64,000 nucleotides of DNA from a virus. The stretch lies in the IMG/VR virus record IMGVR_UViG_3300029568_000166, positions 6,360 to 70,359 of that record. One strand, 5' to 3'. A program made the position numbers and the translations under genes. The notes below the pieces were generated by a model. It had not been told where the DNA came from. It searched no databases and was given only the letters and a program-made list of their open reading frames with translations. Shown piece after piece: positions 39,012-46,405 of the stretch (its first letter is position 1; every line of letters starts with the position of its first letter).

Positions 39012-39899
39012 TTATTCATACACCACTATCTCCATTTCTTTTGCTATTATTTCCCACAAAGGATACTTCTTCCCGTCTGTTGTCAAAAACTTATGGTCTA
39101 ATGTACATGTAATAGTAGCACCACCATCCAGTTCTATTTCAACAACCTCCTTTTCTCCTGTATCAATCACATCCAACACTTCAATAAACTCATCTCCATT
39201 GGCCGTGGGTCCAAGAACCTTGTCTCCAACCTTTATTTCTTCCATTGTTTTTAACCCGTCTGGAGTTTCTACAACAGTCGATACATCTAAACATTTATTG
39301 AAAGAATACCTTTGACTCTTCTCAATCCAGCCGAAGATTTCTTCTGCTTCTTCTTTGGTTACGATCTTGAGTTTAGTAGCGCCTTTGATAAACTTCTTCT
39401 TGAGTTTAGCCATCTCTTCTGGTTTCTTTTTACCAATAGCTTTTCTTAAGTTGTCTGCTTCTTGCAGATCAAAGCCGCCGATAACTTTAGCAATCTCCAT
39501 CGCCTGTTCCTGATATACCAACTCACCGAATGTAGAGTTGAGAATAGGTTCTAGTGCAGGATGGAAATAGCTGACGGACTCTTCTCCGTTCTTGCGGTCA
39601 ATGTAATGGTTTGTCACGCTCTTACCGTCTCGCACAGCCTCAAGACAACCTGGGCGAACGATAGCGATGAGAGCGGATAACTGTTCTATGTTCTCTGGCT
39701 TGAGACGCTTGGCGGTCTGTTTACCAAGCCTACTCTCTAACTGAAACACACCTTTTGTATTTCCGTCACTAATAAGATCCCAAGTTCTTTGACATTCAAG
39801 ACTGATGTTTTCTATTCTTGGTTGAAAATCAATCTTTGTAACGCCATTTTCTTCAGTAATAGGAAACTTACAACCGCAGGCATATGTAAAGTATTTCAT
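39012..39899 (-). CDS. dnaE: DNA polymerase III alpha, middle piece, ending in split-intein N fragment
   Basis: GVFQLES, ALIAIVRPG, LVYQEQ, ADNLRKAIGKKK, YSFNK, then CLDVST... intein. Confidence 0.92.
   Translation of the reverse strand: MKYFTYACGCKFPITEENGVTKIDFQPRIENISLECQRTWDLISDGNTKGVFQLESRLGKQTAKRLKPENIEQLSALIAIVRPGCLEAVRDGKSVTNHYIDRKNGEESVSYFHPALEPILNSTFGELVYQEQAMEIAKVIGGFDLQEADNLRKAIGKKKPEEMAKLKKKFIKGATKLKIVTKEEAEEIFGWIEKSQRYSFNKCLDVSTVVETPDGLKTMEEIKVGDKVLGPTANGDEFIEVLDVIDTGEKEVVEIELDGGATITCTLDHKFLTTDGKKYPLWEIIAKEMEIVVYE
39015..39293 (-). mobile_element. Split intein N-fragment (IntN, 93 aa)
   Basis: Starts CLDVSTVVETPDGLKTMEEIKVGDKV (block A) and contains ITCTLDHKF (block B TxxH); ends at the stop without blocks F/G. 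Confidence 0.93.
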
Positions 39900-40081
39900 T
39901 CCTTGTTTTCCAGTTTTGGCATATGCTGATCTCCTCCATCAACAATCTCAACAACATTTATAGAAATAGCATGTTTTCCAACAACAGTTTGCTCAACTTC
40001 GCGATTATATTTATCTAAGATTTTTTGCATTGTCTGGCAAAGTTTGTTGCAGTCCATATTTGCTGTTATAGGTATTATCAT
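39896..40081 (-). CDS. Hypothetical protein (61 aa)
   Basis: ATGA overlaps at both ends (with the thyX stop and with the dnaE-middle start). Confidence 0.6.
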   Translation of the reverse strand: MIIPITANMDCNKLCQTMQKILDKYNREVEQTVVGKHAISINVVEIVDGGDQHMPKLENKE

Positions 40082-40716
40082 TTGATTAGCCCAGATCTTT
40101 TCCATGTGTAAATAGTATGACGGAATGGCTGTCCTTCTATGCCATCTACTAAGTCTAGCATAGTTTGGGCAATATCTCTAATTTCTCTTTGTGCGTGTTC
40201 GCTATTTCTAAGTTTTTGAAAATTTGCAAAACTTCGCATATTGAAACTTACGTCTGCTTGTATCTGACTATTATATGACTTAAAGAACCTGGCTGATTCT
40301 TTTGCTCTTTTTCGTCCAACAGTACCTTCTATATCCGCTAGACATTCATGATAAAGGGAATTGCTTAATGCAGTAAACTCTTCTAATTTGATCTGCCATT
40401 TTATTGGCCAGTCGTTAGGAATATATGCTTTGTCTTCCTTAAGCTCTTTATAGCGAGCAGACTCGGCATTAAGACTACTAATACGATGCTTAAGTAAATG
40501 AATATGGCTGGCGATATCAGTATCAACAAGAAAATGCACCATAGCCTTCTCAAACGGTGTTTCATGTCCATTCTCCCATAGCATCTTAATGAGTTTAGGA
40601 ATCCTTTCTTTCTTTTCGTCCGTCAAATCTCGTGATGTGCTTGTCCATGCTGAACAGGCTATGGTTTCGTCCGAGCCATAATAACCCAATAGTTCTACTT
40701 TGTTTTTCATCCTCAT
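40078..40716 (-). CDS. thyX: FAD-dependent thymidylate synthase
   Basis: GHETPFE, KHRISSLNAESAR (ThyX motif, R->K at the first position), NMRSFANFQKLR...HAQREIR. Confidence 0.93.
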   Translation of the reverse strand: MRMKNKVELLGYYGSDETIACSAWTSTSRDLTDEKKERIPKLIKMLWENGHETPFEKAMVHFLVDTDIASHIHLLKHRISSLNAESARYKELKEDKAYIPNDWPIKWQIKLEEFTALSNSLYHECLADIEGTVGRKRAKESARFFKSYNSQIQADVSFNMRSFANFQKLRNSEHAQREIRDIAQTMLDLVDGIEGQPFRHTIYTWKRSGLIK

Positions 40717-40726
40717 CCTCTGTTCC

Positions 40727-40770
40727 TAAAAGAAAAGGCCAGCGCCCTACCCTATAGTAGAGCGCCAGCC
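40727..40770 (-). terminator. Intrinsic terminator after DUF1559 gene
   Basis: - strand GGCTGGCGCTCTAC-TATAGG-GTAGGGCGCTGGCC followed by TTTTCTTTT. Confidence 0.75.
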
Positions 40771-40782
40771 CTGTATTGTCAA
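40754..40782 (-). promoter_or_regulatory. Sigma70-type promoter TTGACA-N17-TACTAT for thyX operon
   Basis: Perfect -35 box, 17-nt spacer; the -10 box lies inside the terminator hairpin. Confidence 0.7.
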
Positions 40783-40785
40783 GTC

Positions 40786-41769
40786 CTATTCCTGAACGAT
40801 TTCGCCACCACTTCTGGTAATCATACCCGCAAATACTCTAAGATCAACATCTTCGTTGATATATGATGTTGAACCATCTGTTCTAACAACATTCATTCCA
40901 CCAGGATGCCAACTTAGCGCCTCTCCATTATTTGTAGCATTAAATGGTAGCCCCATGTTCCTTGCAGCACCCTTATCGCCGTTTTGATCAATCGGATGCA
41001 ACTTAAATGGTCCAAGACTATCTGCCCATCCAAGACACTGATTGATAGCATCTGGTACAGCAATCTTCTGTGTGGTCTTAATCCACGTTGGGCGACTAGC
41101 ACATTCTACAATAAGAAGTGTCTTGCTTGTTCCATCACGAAACTGACCCATTCTTGTAATCTGATCCTTAATTAATGCGCCATCTGCTTCTGGCCCCTTG
41201 TTGGCGTATGGATCTGGATCAAGAACCTTATTCTTTACGCCCGTAAATACCTCATAGTCTGTGCGACCAAATGGTGAGGGTGGACTAAGTGCTGGAGCAG
41301 TTGAGTCTGAGTCTCTGCTTGGTCCATCAGGATAACTCGTCCATTCTGATCCATCGTACACATTAGATGGGCACTGAAAAACCTTAACCTGCTGTTGTGC
41401 AATAAAAAGATTTGGGCCTTCCCACCAATGAAGATTCTTATCATAGGCGTCTGCAAGCGCTGATTCTTCCATGTATGGTAGAAGGTCTACTCTCCACGAT
41501 CTTTCTGTTCTTGCCTTATTATCTGATGGGGCTATTGGCGTAACACTTGGATCAATAGTATCAATTGTCCAACAGGCTGCCGGAAACTTTTGAGTGCCAT
41601 TTTCAATGTTGTGTGCGGCCAATCCAAACTGTCTCATGTTGCTCATGCAATTTGCTCGTCTTGCTGCTTCCCGTGCAGATTGTACTGCTGGAAGGAGAAG
41701 ACCAACTAGAACACCAATAATAGCAATAACAACAAGAAGTTCTACCAGAGTAAATCCTTTTCTTTTCAT
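40786..41769 (-). CDS. DUF1559 family prepilin-type N-terminal cleavage/methylation protein (planctomycete type, 327 aa)
   Basis: MKRKG-FTLVELLVVIAIIGVLVGLLLPAVQSAREAARRANCMSNMRQFGLA and C-terminal HPGGMNVVRTDGS (H-X9-DG motif). Confidence 0.95.
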   Translation of the reverse strand: MKRKGFTLVELLVVIAIIGVLVGLLLPAVQSAREAARRANCMSNMRQFGLAAHNIENGTQKFPAACWTIDTIDPSVTPIAPSDNKARTERSWRVDLLPYMEESALADAYDKNLHWWEGPNLFIAQQQVKVFQCPSNVYDGSEWTSYPDGPSRDSDSTAPALSPPSPFGRTDYEVFTGVKNKVLDPDPYANKGPEADGALIKDQITRMGQFRDGTSKTLLIVECASRPTWIKTTQKIAVPDAINQCLGWADSLGPFKLHPIDQNGDKGAARNMGLPFNATNNGEALSWHPGGMNVVRTDGSTSYINEDVDLRVFAGMITRSGGEIVQE

Positions 41770-41815
41770 CTTTTTTTCCTTTTTGGTAGGGTAAAATTCG
41801 TAGCCTGTAGACCTT

Positions 41816-41844
41816 ATTATACCCAACCGGCAGGAAGAGAGCAA
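41816..41844 (-). promoter_or_regulatory. Sigma70-type promoter TTGCTC-N17-TATAAT for DUF1559 gene
   Basis: Perfect -10 box, partial -35 box, 17-nt spacer, intergenic. Confidence 0.6.
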
Positions 41845-41866
41845 AGGGTTTTATGTTAGAATTGCG

Positions 41867-43141
41867 TTAAGACATGATTTCGTTGATTGGTTTTCCACCA
41901 TCCACGATTTTCACAGGGCGATCGCCAGGAGCCATAAGAGCCTTATTATAATCAATACCTAAAAGGTCATAGATAGTAGCAGCCCAATGATGAACCTCTA
42001 CTGGATTATCTGCTGGTTCTGAACCTGTTGCATCGCTCTTGCCATAGAATAGACCTCTTTTAATGCCACCCCCAGCCATAACAGTGCTATACACTTTAGG
42101 CCAATGATCTCTACCGCTAGTAGGATTGATCTTTGGAGTTCTTCCAAATTCTGTTCCCACAATAACGAGAGTAGAGTCAAGCATTCCTCTGTCGTCAAGG
42201 TCATTGATTAGTGCTCCAAAGGCTCGGTCAAATTGGGGTAAGTTTCTTTCCATTTGTCGGGCAATACCATCGTGATGATCCCACCCTCCGTAAGTCATCG
42301 TCACAAAGCGGGTTCCTGCTTCAACCAATCTGCGAGAAAGCAGCATTCTCATTCCTGCGGCGTTCTTGCCATACCGCTCCTTGGTTTGTTCATCCTCTTT
42401 GTTTAGGTCAAACGCTTCAATAGCCTCGGTTGAACTCATGAGATCAAAAGCGTTTTCATAAAAAGTATCAAGTGACGTAAGCTTATCTGAAGACTGTTCG
42501 CTTCCGAATTTGTCATTGACAATCTCAAGCATCTTCTTTCTTTGATCAAATCTTTGAAGGCTGATGTTGTCTGGTAGTCGCAAGTCTCTAACTCTGAAAT
42601 TTGGGCTTTCAGGATTACTACCGAGGCTAAAAGAGCTATAAGAGGAAGAAAGATAGCCAGTACCAGCAAATTCATTAGCAACTTGCGGAACTGAGATGTA
42701 AGGTGGTAAATTATTTCGCACCCCCAATTCATGCGACATTACAGCACCGAAACTGGGATACTGTAAGGCTGGGCTCGGTTTGTAGCCTGTCATCATGTTG
42801 TTGACGCCACGCTCATGGGCAGTTTCAGAGTGGGTCATGGACCGAATCACTGTAATTTTATCAGAAACACTTGCTGAATGGGGAAGGTATTGGCTAAATA
42901 CTTCACCGGGAATTTTGGTTTTCACGGTTCCTAATGGTCCGCGATATTCTACAGGAGCGAGAGGTTTTGGTCCAAAACTTTCCTGATGGCTCATTCCTCC
43001 CGGTAGGAAGATATAGATAACACTTTGTGCCTTGGCATTAGGATTGAGAGCATCTTCAGCCTTCAACTTTAGATAGTTAGGCAGAGTAAGACCACCCAAT
43101 CCTGCAACGCTTCCGACAAGTAGTTTTCTTCTATTTATCAT
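41867..43141 (-). CDS. DUF1501 family protein with Tat-like signal (planctomycete type)
   Basis: MINRRKLL twin-Arg leader, IYIFLPGGMSHQESF, GWDHH, LDSTLVIVGTEFGRTPKIN...GRDHWP, MAGGGIKRG. Confidence 0.93.
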   Translation of the reverse strand: MINRRKLLVGSVAGLGGLTLPNYLKLKAEDALNPNAKAQSVIYIFLPGGMSHQESFGPKPLAPVEYRGPLGTVKTKIPGEVFSQYLPHSASVSDKITVIRSMTHSETAHERGVNNMMTGYKPSPALQYPSFGAVMSHELGVRNNLPPYISVPQVANEFAGTGYLSSSYSSFSLGSNPESPNFRVRDLRLPDNISLQRFDQRKKMLEIVNDKFGSEQSSDKLTSLDTFYENAFDLMSSTEAIEAFDLNKEDEQTKERYGKNAAGMRMLLSRRLVEAGTRFVTMTYGGWDHHDGIARQMERNLPQFDRAFGALINDLDDRGMLDSTLVIVGTEFGRTPKINPTSGRDHWPKVYSTVMAGGGIKRGLFYGKSDATGSEPADNPVEVHHWAATIYDLLGIDYNKALMAPGDRPVKIVDGGKPINEIMS

Positions 43142-43824
43142 TTTTTGAACGAGCCTTTAAACTTGACTTTTGATGCCATGTTTCTGTGCAGTTTCAGAAA
43201 TCGGATCATGATTTCTGCGGTATCCTCCACATCCTTAATAGCATCGTGAGCACCATCTTTACTAATACCAAAATACTCTCTCAAGTTATCTAGTGAATAA
43301 CTCTTGAGTTCGTTGTTGTGGCTAAACCAGTAGAACACCAGATTGATCACATCAACTACATCTCTAGGATAGAATACACTACTTGTGCCTTCTTTATTCA
43401 CATTCTTGTTCTTCACACTGAGTCTATTCACAATGGGAAGATCAAACCTATAGATATTATACCCCGCAGCGATAGGAGCAGAAAATTGGCTCTTTCTGCT
43501 GGTCCTGCTGTGGTATTTATCCAGATAATCAACAAACATCTTCCAACCAACACTCTGCTTGGGGTATTTTGTCCATTCTGCATAAACATCTTCTTTAGCG
43601 CAACCCTTAACCCTAGCATGAAAATCCAGAATATCGGTCTTGTACTCATACTCTGGGTCTTTTTCCATTACCTCTGGCTTAAAGTTGCACTGAAACTGTG
43701 AATTAGGGATGATCTCCAAATTGATAGGATCAACCATTACAGCAGCAAGTTGTACTGGACTACATTCTGCTGGATTGCTGCCATCTGTCTCAAAATCAAA
43801 TACGCAAATTTTGTTATAGTTCAT
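43138..43824 (-). CDS. DEDDh 3'-5' exonuclease (Pol III epsilon-like)
   Basis: ExoI VFDFETDG, ExoII AGYNIYRFDL, ExoIII HDAIKDV. Confidence 0.9.
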   Translation of the reverse strand: MNYNKICVFDFETDGSNPAECSPVQLAAVMVDPINLEIIPNSQFQCNFKPEVMEKDPEYEYKTDILDFHARVKGCAKEDVYAEWTKYPKQSVGWKMFVDYLDKYHSRTSRKSQFSAPIAAGYNIYRFDLPIVNRLSVKNKNVNKEGTSSVFYPRDVVDVINLVFYWFSHNNELKSYSLDNLREYFGISKDGAHDAIKDVEDTAEIMIRFLKLHRNMASKVKFKGSFKK

Positions 43825-43829
43825 TATTT

Positions 43830-44012
43830 TTATTCCTCAACTTGTACTTGTTCACCTTCTCTAAGGCCTATCTTGTTTTTTGGATTATTGGTTTCTGTTG
43901 CGTTAACAAACTTGCAGCAACTAATTTTAACTTTACTGGTTTTAGTAAAAGTTTTGTCCTTATAAACAAAAGAATCTCCAACACTAAGACTCCCATAAGT
44001 AACATTTTTCAT
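43830..44012 (-). CDS. Hypothetical protein (60 aa)
   Basis: ATGA-coupled to the dnaE-N stop. Confidence 0.6.
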   Translation of the reverse strand: MKNVTYGSLSVGDSFVYKDKTFTKTSKVKISCCKFVNATETNNPKNKIGLREGEQVQVEE

Positions 44013-45868
44013 TTTTCTACTCCTTGTCTAAGTATTTCTGAAATATTCATAACCTTATCTAACATAGCGATGCCAAGGATATCAAATTTGATAACTCCAA
44101 TAGTTTCCAAATCCTGCATTTCCATACCCGCAATCATTTGTTTGTTTCTTGTGTCGTAGACCATAGGGCAGGTTTCGGCCAAGGCCTCGCTACTGATCGC
44201 AATTCCAGCCGCATGTTTGCTCTGGTTTGACTTGGTTCCTTCTAATCTAATAGCCTGCTCAAAGCGTTTGGCAAGTGGACCCTGAATTTTTCCATCATCG
44301 TCCAGATGGCACCACTCCTTGAGTTTATCTCCAACATTCTCAAGAGCCCAACGAATAATACTCGCTTCTCCGGTGTCTTCTCGCATTTGTTGTAGTTCAT
44401 CAGCGATTTTCGCTTCGTCTGGAATATTCTTGGTAATCTTATTCATCTCTTCAAAACTAATGTTTCCATAAGCTCTGAACACATCTTTTAGTGCTCCGCG
44501 ACCTTTGATCGTGTTGAAAGTGATCATTTGAGAGACTTTATCTGCTCCGTACCTGTTTTTGATATATTCGATGATCTCTTCTCTTTTATCAATAGGAACA
44601 TCCACATCAATATCTGGCATAGAAATATGCTCAGCAGTATTACGACCAGCATTGTAAAATCTATCAAATAGAAGGCTATATTTAATAGGATCAATACTAG
44701 TAATACCAATAAGATAGGAGACCAAGCATCCTGCAGCAGATCCTCTTCCTGGTCCTGGCAGCCATTTTTCTTCTCTGACATGGTTTACAATGTCCTGAAC
44801 TATAAGGAAATAACTAGACAGATCCGCACCCTGTAATACATCTAATTCGTATTTAACACGATCAGTATAAGTGTTGTATAGATTTTTGTCCACTTTATCG
44901 TGTATTTTTTCTCTCCACCCATTACGGCAGAGTTGACGAAGATATTCATCTGGATTTTCGCCGCCAGGACATTGGAAAGGAGGAAGTTTTGGCTTGCTCG
45001 CAATATCAAAATCCTCAATCAAACTGTTGACCAGATTAGTATTCTCAATGTGTTCTTCTTTGTGGATTTCCCTTATCTCTTCTTGAGAAAGAATATGAAA
45101 GTTGTTGGAACTAAAGAAGCATTCAACCGGAACCTTGTCTCCAACGCTGAGTTTGCGGGTGATTTCCGGCATAGTAGTTTTGAGGTTGTTGCAGAGCAGG
45201 ATTCTCTGATCGTCTGCGTCTTCACGACGAGCATAATGAGCGTCTGGGGTACAGATAACCTTTACACCCATTTTGTGAGCGAGAGATTCTATAGCGTCTG
45301 TAAGAGGTTTTTGTATGGGATTATTCTCTAGATCCATCAACTGCGCCTCAAGAAACACATGATCTTTGCCGAACATTTCAACGAGTTGGGCAACCAGATC
45401 TTCTCCGCTGCCAGCTACACGATCCTCCTCAACCATTTTGTTAGCCAGATTACTACCAAGATGCCCTGTAATACAGATAAGGTCTTCACAGAACGGCGCA
45501 ATCCTGTCCAGATCAAGTCGTGGTTTATGATAAAAATATTCTGGTTTATTTGACTCTGATACGAGCTTGATCAGATGCTGCCAACCATTATAGTTTTTGG
45601 CCAGAACCAGCATGTGAGAATTGGTGTTATCTTTCTCTTTTATTGATGCGTCTTTTTCACAAATATATAGCTCGCAACCCAGAATAGGTTTGATATTATT
45701 TTTCCTCATAGTCTGATGAAACTGCACATGACCAGCGATATTTCCGTGGTCTGTCAGGGCACAAGCGGAAGTCTCAATTTCTAGGCATCTTTTAGCAATT
45801 TGTTTAGGTTGAGATAGTCCGTCTAACAGACTATAATGACTATGACAATGTAATGGTATATATTGCAT
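44009..45868 (-). CDS. dnaE: DNA polymerase III alpha, N-terminal piece (PHP domain plus palm)
   Basis: HCHSHYSLLDG, ALTDHG, GCE, TPDAHY (PHP); GPGRGSAAGCLVSY, LLFDRF, MPDIDVD, HAAG, KFDILG. Ends soon after the third catalytic Asp. Confidence 0.95.
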   Translation of the reverse strand: MQYIPLHCHSHYSLLDGLSQPKQIAKRCLEIETSACALTDHGNIAGHVQFHQTMRKNNIKPILGCELYICEKDASIKEKDNTNSHMLVLAKNYNGWQHLIKLVSESNKPEYFYHKPRLDLDRIAPFCEDLICITGHLGSNLANKMVEEDRVAGSGEDLVAQLVEMFGKDHVFLEAQLMDLENNPIQKPLTDAIESLAHKMGVKVICTPDAHYARREDADDQRILLCNNLKTTMPEITRKLSVGDKVPVECFFSSNNFHILSQEEIREIHKEEHIENTNLVNSLIEDFDIASKPKLPPFQCPGGENPDEYLRQLCRNGWREKIHDKVDKNLYNTYTDRVKYELDVLQGADLSSYFLIVQDIVNHVREEKWLPGPGRGSAAGCLVSYLIGITSIDPIKYSLLFDRFYNAGRNTAEHISMPDIDVDVPIDKREEIIEYIKNRYGADKVSQMITFNTIKGRGALKDVFRAYGNISFEEMNKITKNIPDEAKIADELQQMREDTGEASIIRWALENVGDKLKEWCHLDDDGKIQGPLAKRFEQAIRLEGTKSNQSKHAAGIAISSEALAETCPMVYDTRNKQMIAGMEMQDLETIGVIKFDILGIAMLDKVMNISEILRQGVEK

Positions 45869-45919
45869 TTAATCCTTCCAAAAGACGACACAGAGGGATT
45901 TGTGTCCTGGCCGTACACT

Positions 45920-45948
45920 ATAATAGCCCAATCGAAGGTGCGTGTCAA
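45920..45948 (-). promoter_or_regulatory. Sigma70-type promoter TTGACA-N17-TATTAT for dnaE-N operon
   Basis: Perfect -35 box, 17-nt spacer, near-consensus -10 box. Confidence 0.8.
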
Positions 45949-45986
45949 AAAAAAAGAGGCGTTCCTCAAAAAAGAAGAACACCTCT
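45947..45986 (-). terminator. Intrinsic terminator after 104-aa gene
   Basis: - strand AGAGGTGTTCTTC-TTTTTT-GAGGAACGCCTCT followed by a T-run that continues into the TTGACA box. Confidence 0.8.
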
Positions 45987-46014
45987 AATTTTAGAGCAGT
46001 TTTAAAAACTGGAA

Positions 46015-46329
46015 TTATTCAACGTTAAGATCATTTACGTTGTAAGCTAGATTAAATCTAAACGTATAATCTCTTCTGATTGTGTCTGCGTCTAGAATTC
46101 TTGATGTTGATGTTGTTGCCCATGAAGCATCACCAGTAGCGGCAATACCAGATGAAACTGATTCAACTAGAGAAAAACCGATTTCTACACCGCTAGCAGT
46201 TGTTGAGTTGCCAAAGCTTCTTAGTGTTTCTACTGGGATAACAAGAGCGTCTGTAGCGCAGGAAATGGTGGCACCATTTGCTTGAATAGCTGCTCCTGTA
46301 AAGATGTCTGTTAATGATGGACGTGCCAT
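46015..46329 (-). CDS. Hypothetical protein (104 aa), small Ala/Thr/Ser-rich, possibly structural
   Basis: AAGGAG RBS; own terminator; composition unlike the flanking replication genes. Confidence 0.7.
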   Translation of the reverse strand: MARPSLTDIFTGAAIQANGATISCATDALVIPVETLRSFGNSTTASGVEIGFSLVESVSSGIAATGDASWATTSTSRILDADTIRRDYTFRFNLAYNVNDLNVE

Positions 46330-46405
46330 AAAAATTCTCCTTTATTTTTCTTGTAAAAACTAGTTTTATTTAGGGTTATAACCTTGCTTATTAATATACA
46401 CCAAA

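Noticed and set aside
36997-41838. CCAACCGG / CCGGTTGG octamer in the spacers of the ssb and DUF1559 promoters
   Set aside because: Only two copies, in opposite orientation; not distinguishable from chance.
37016-45868. dnaE pieces as pseudogene fragments or frameshift errors
   Set aside because: Each piece has its own RBS or coupled start, catalytic motifs are intact, the intein halves are complementary, and whole genes lie in between.
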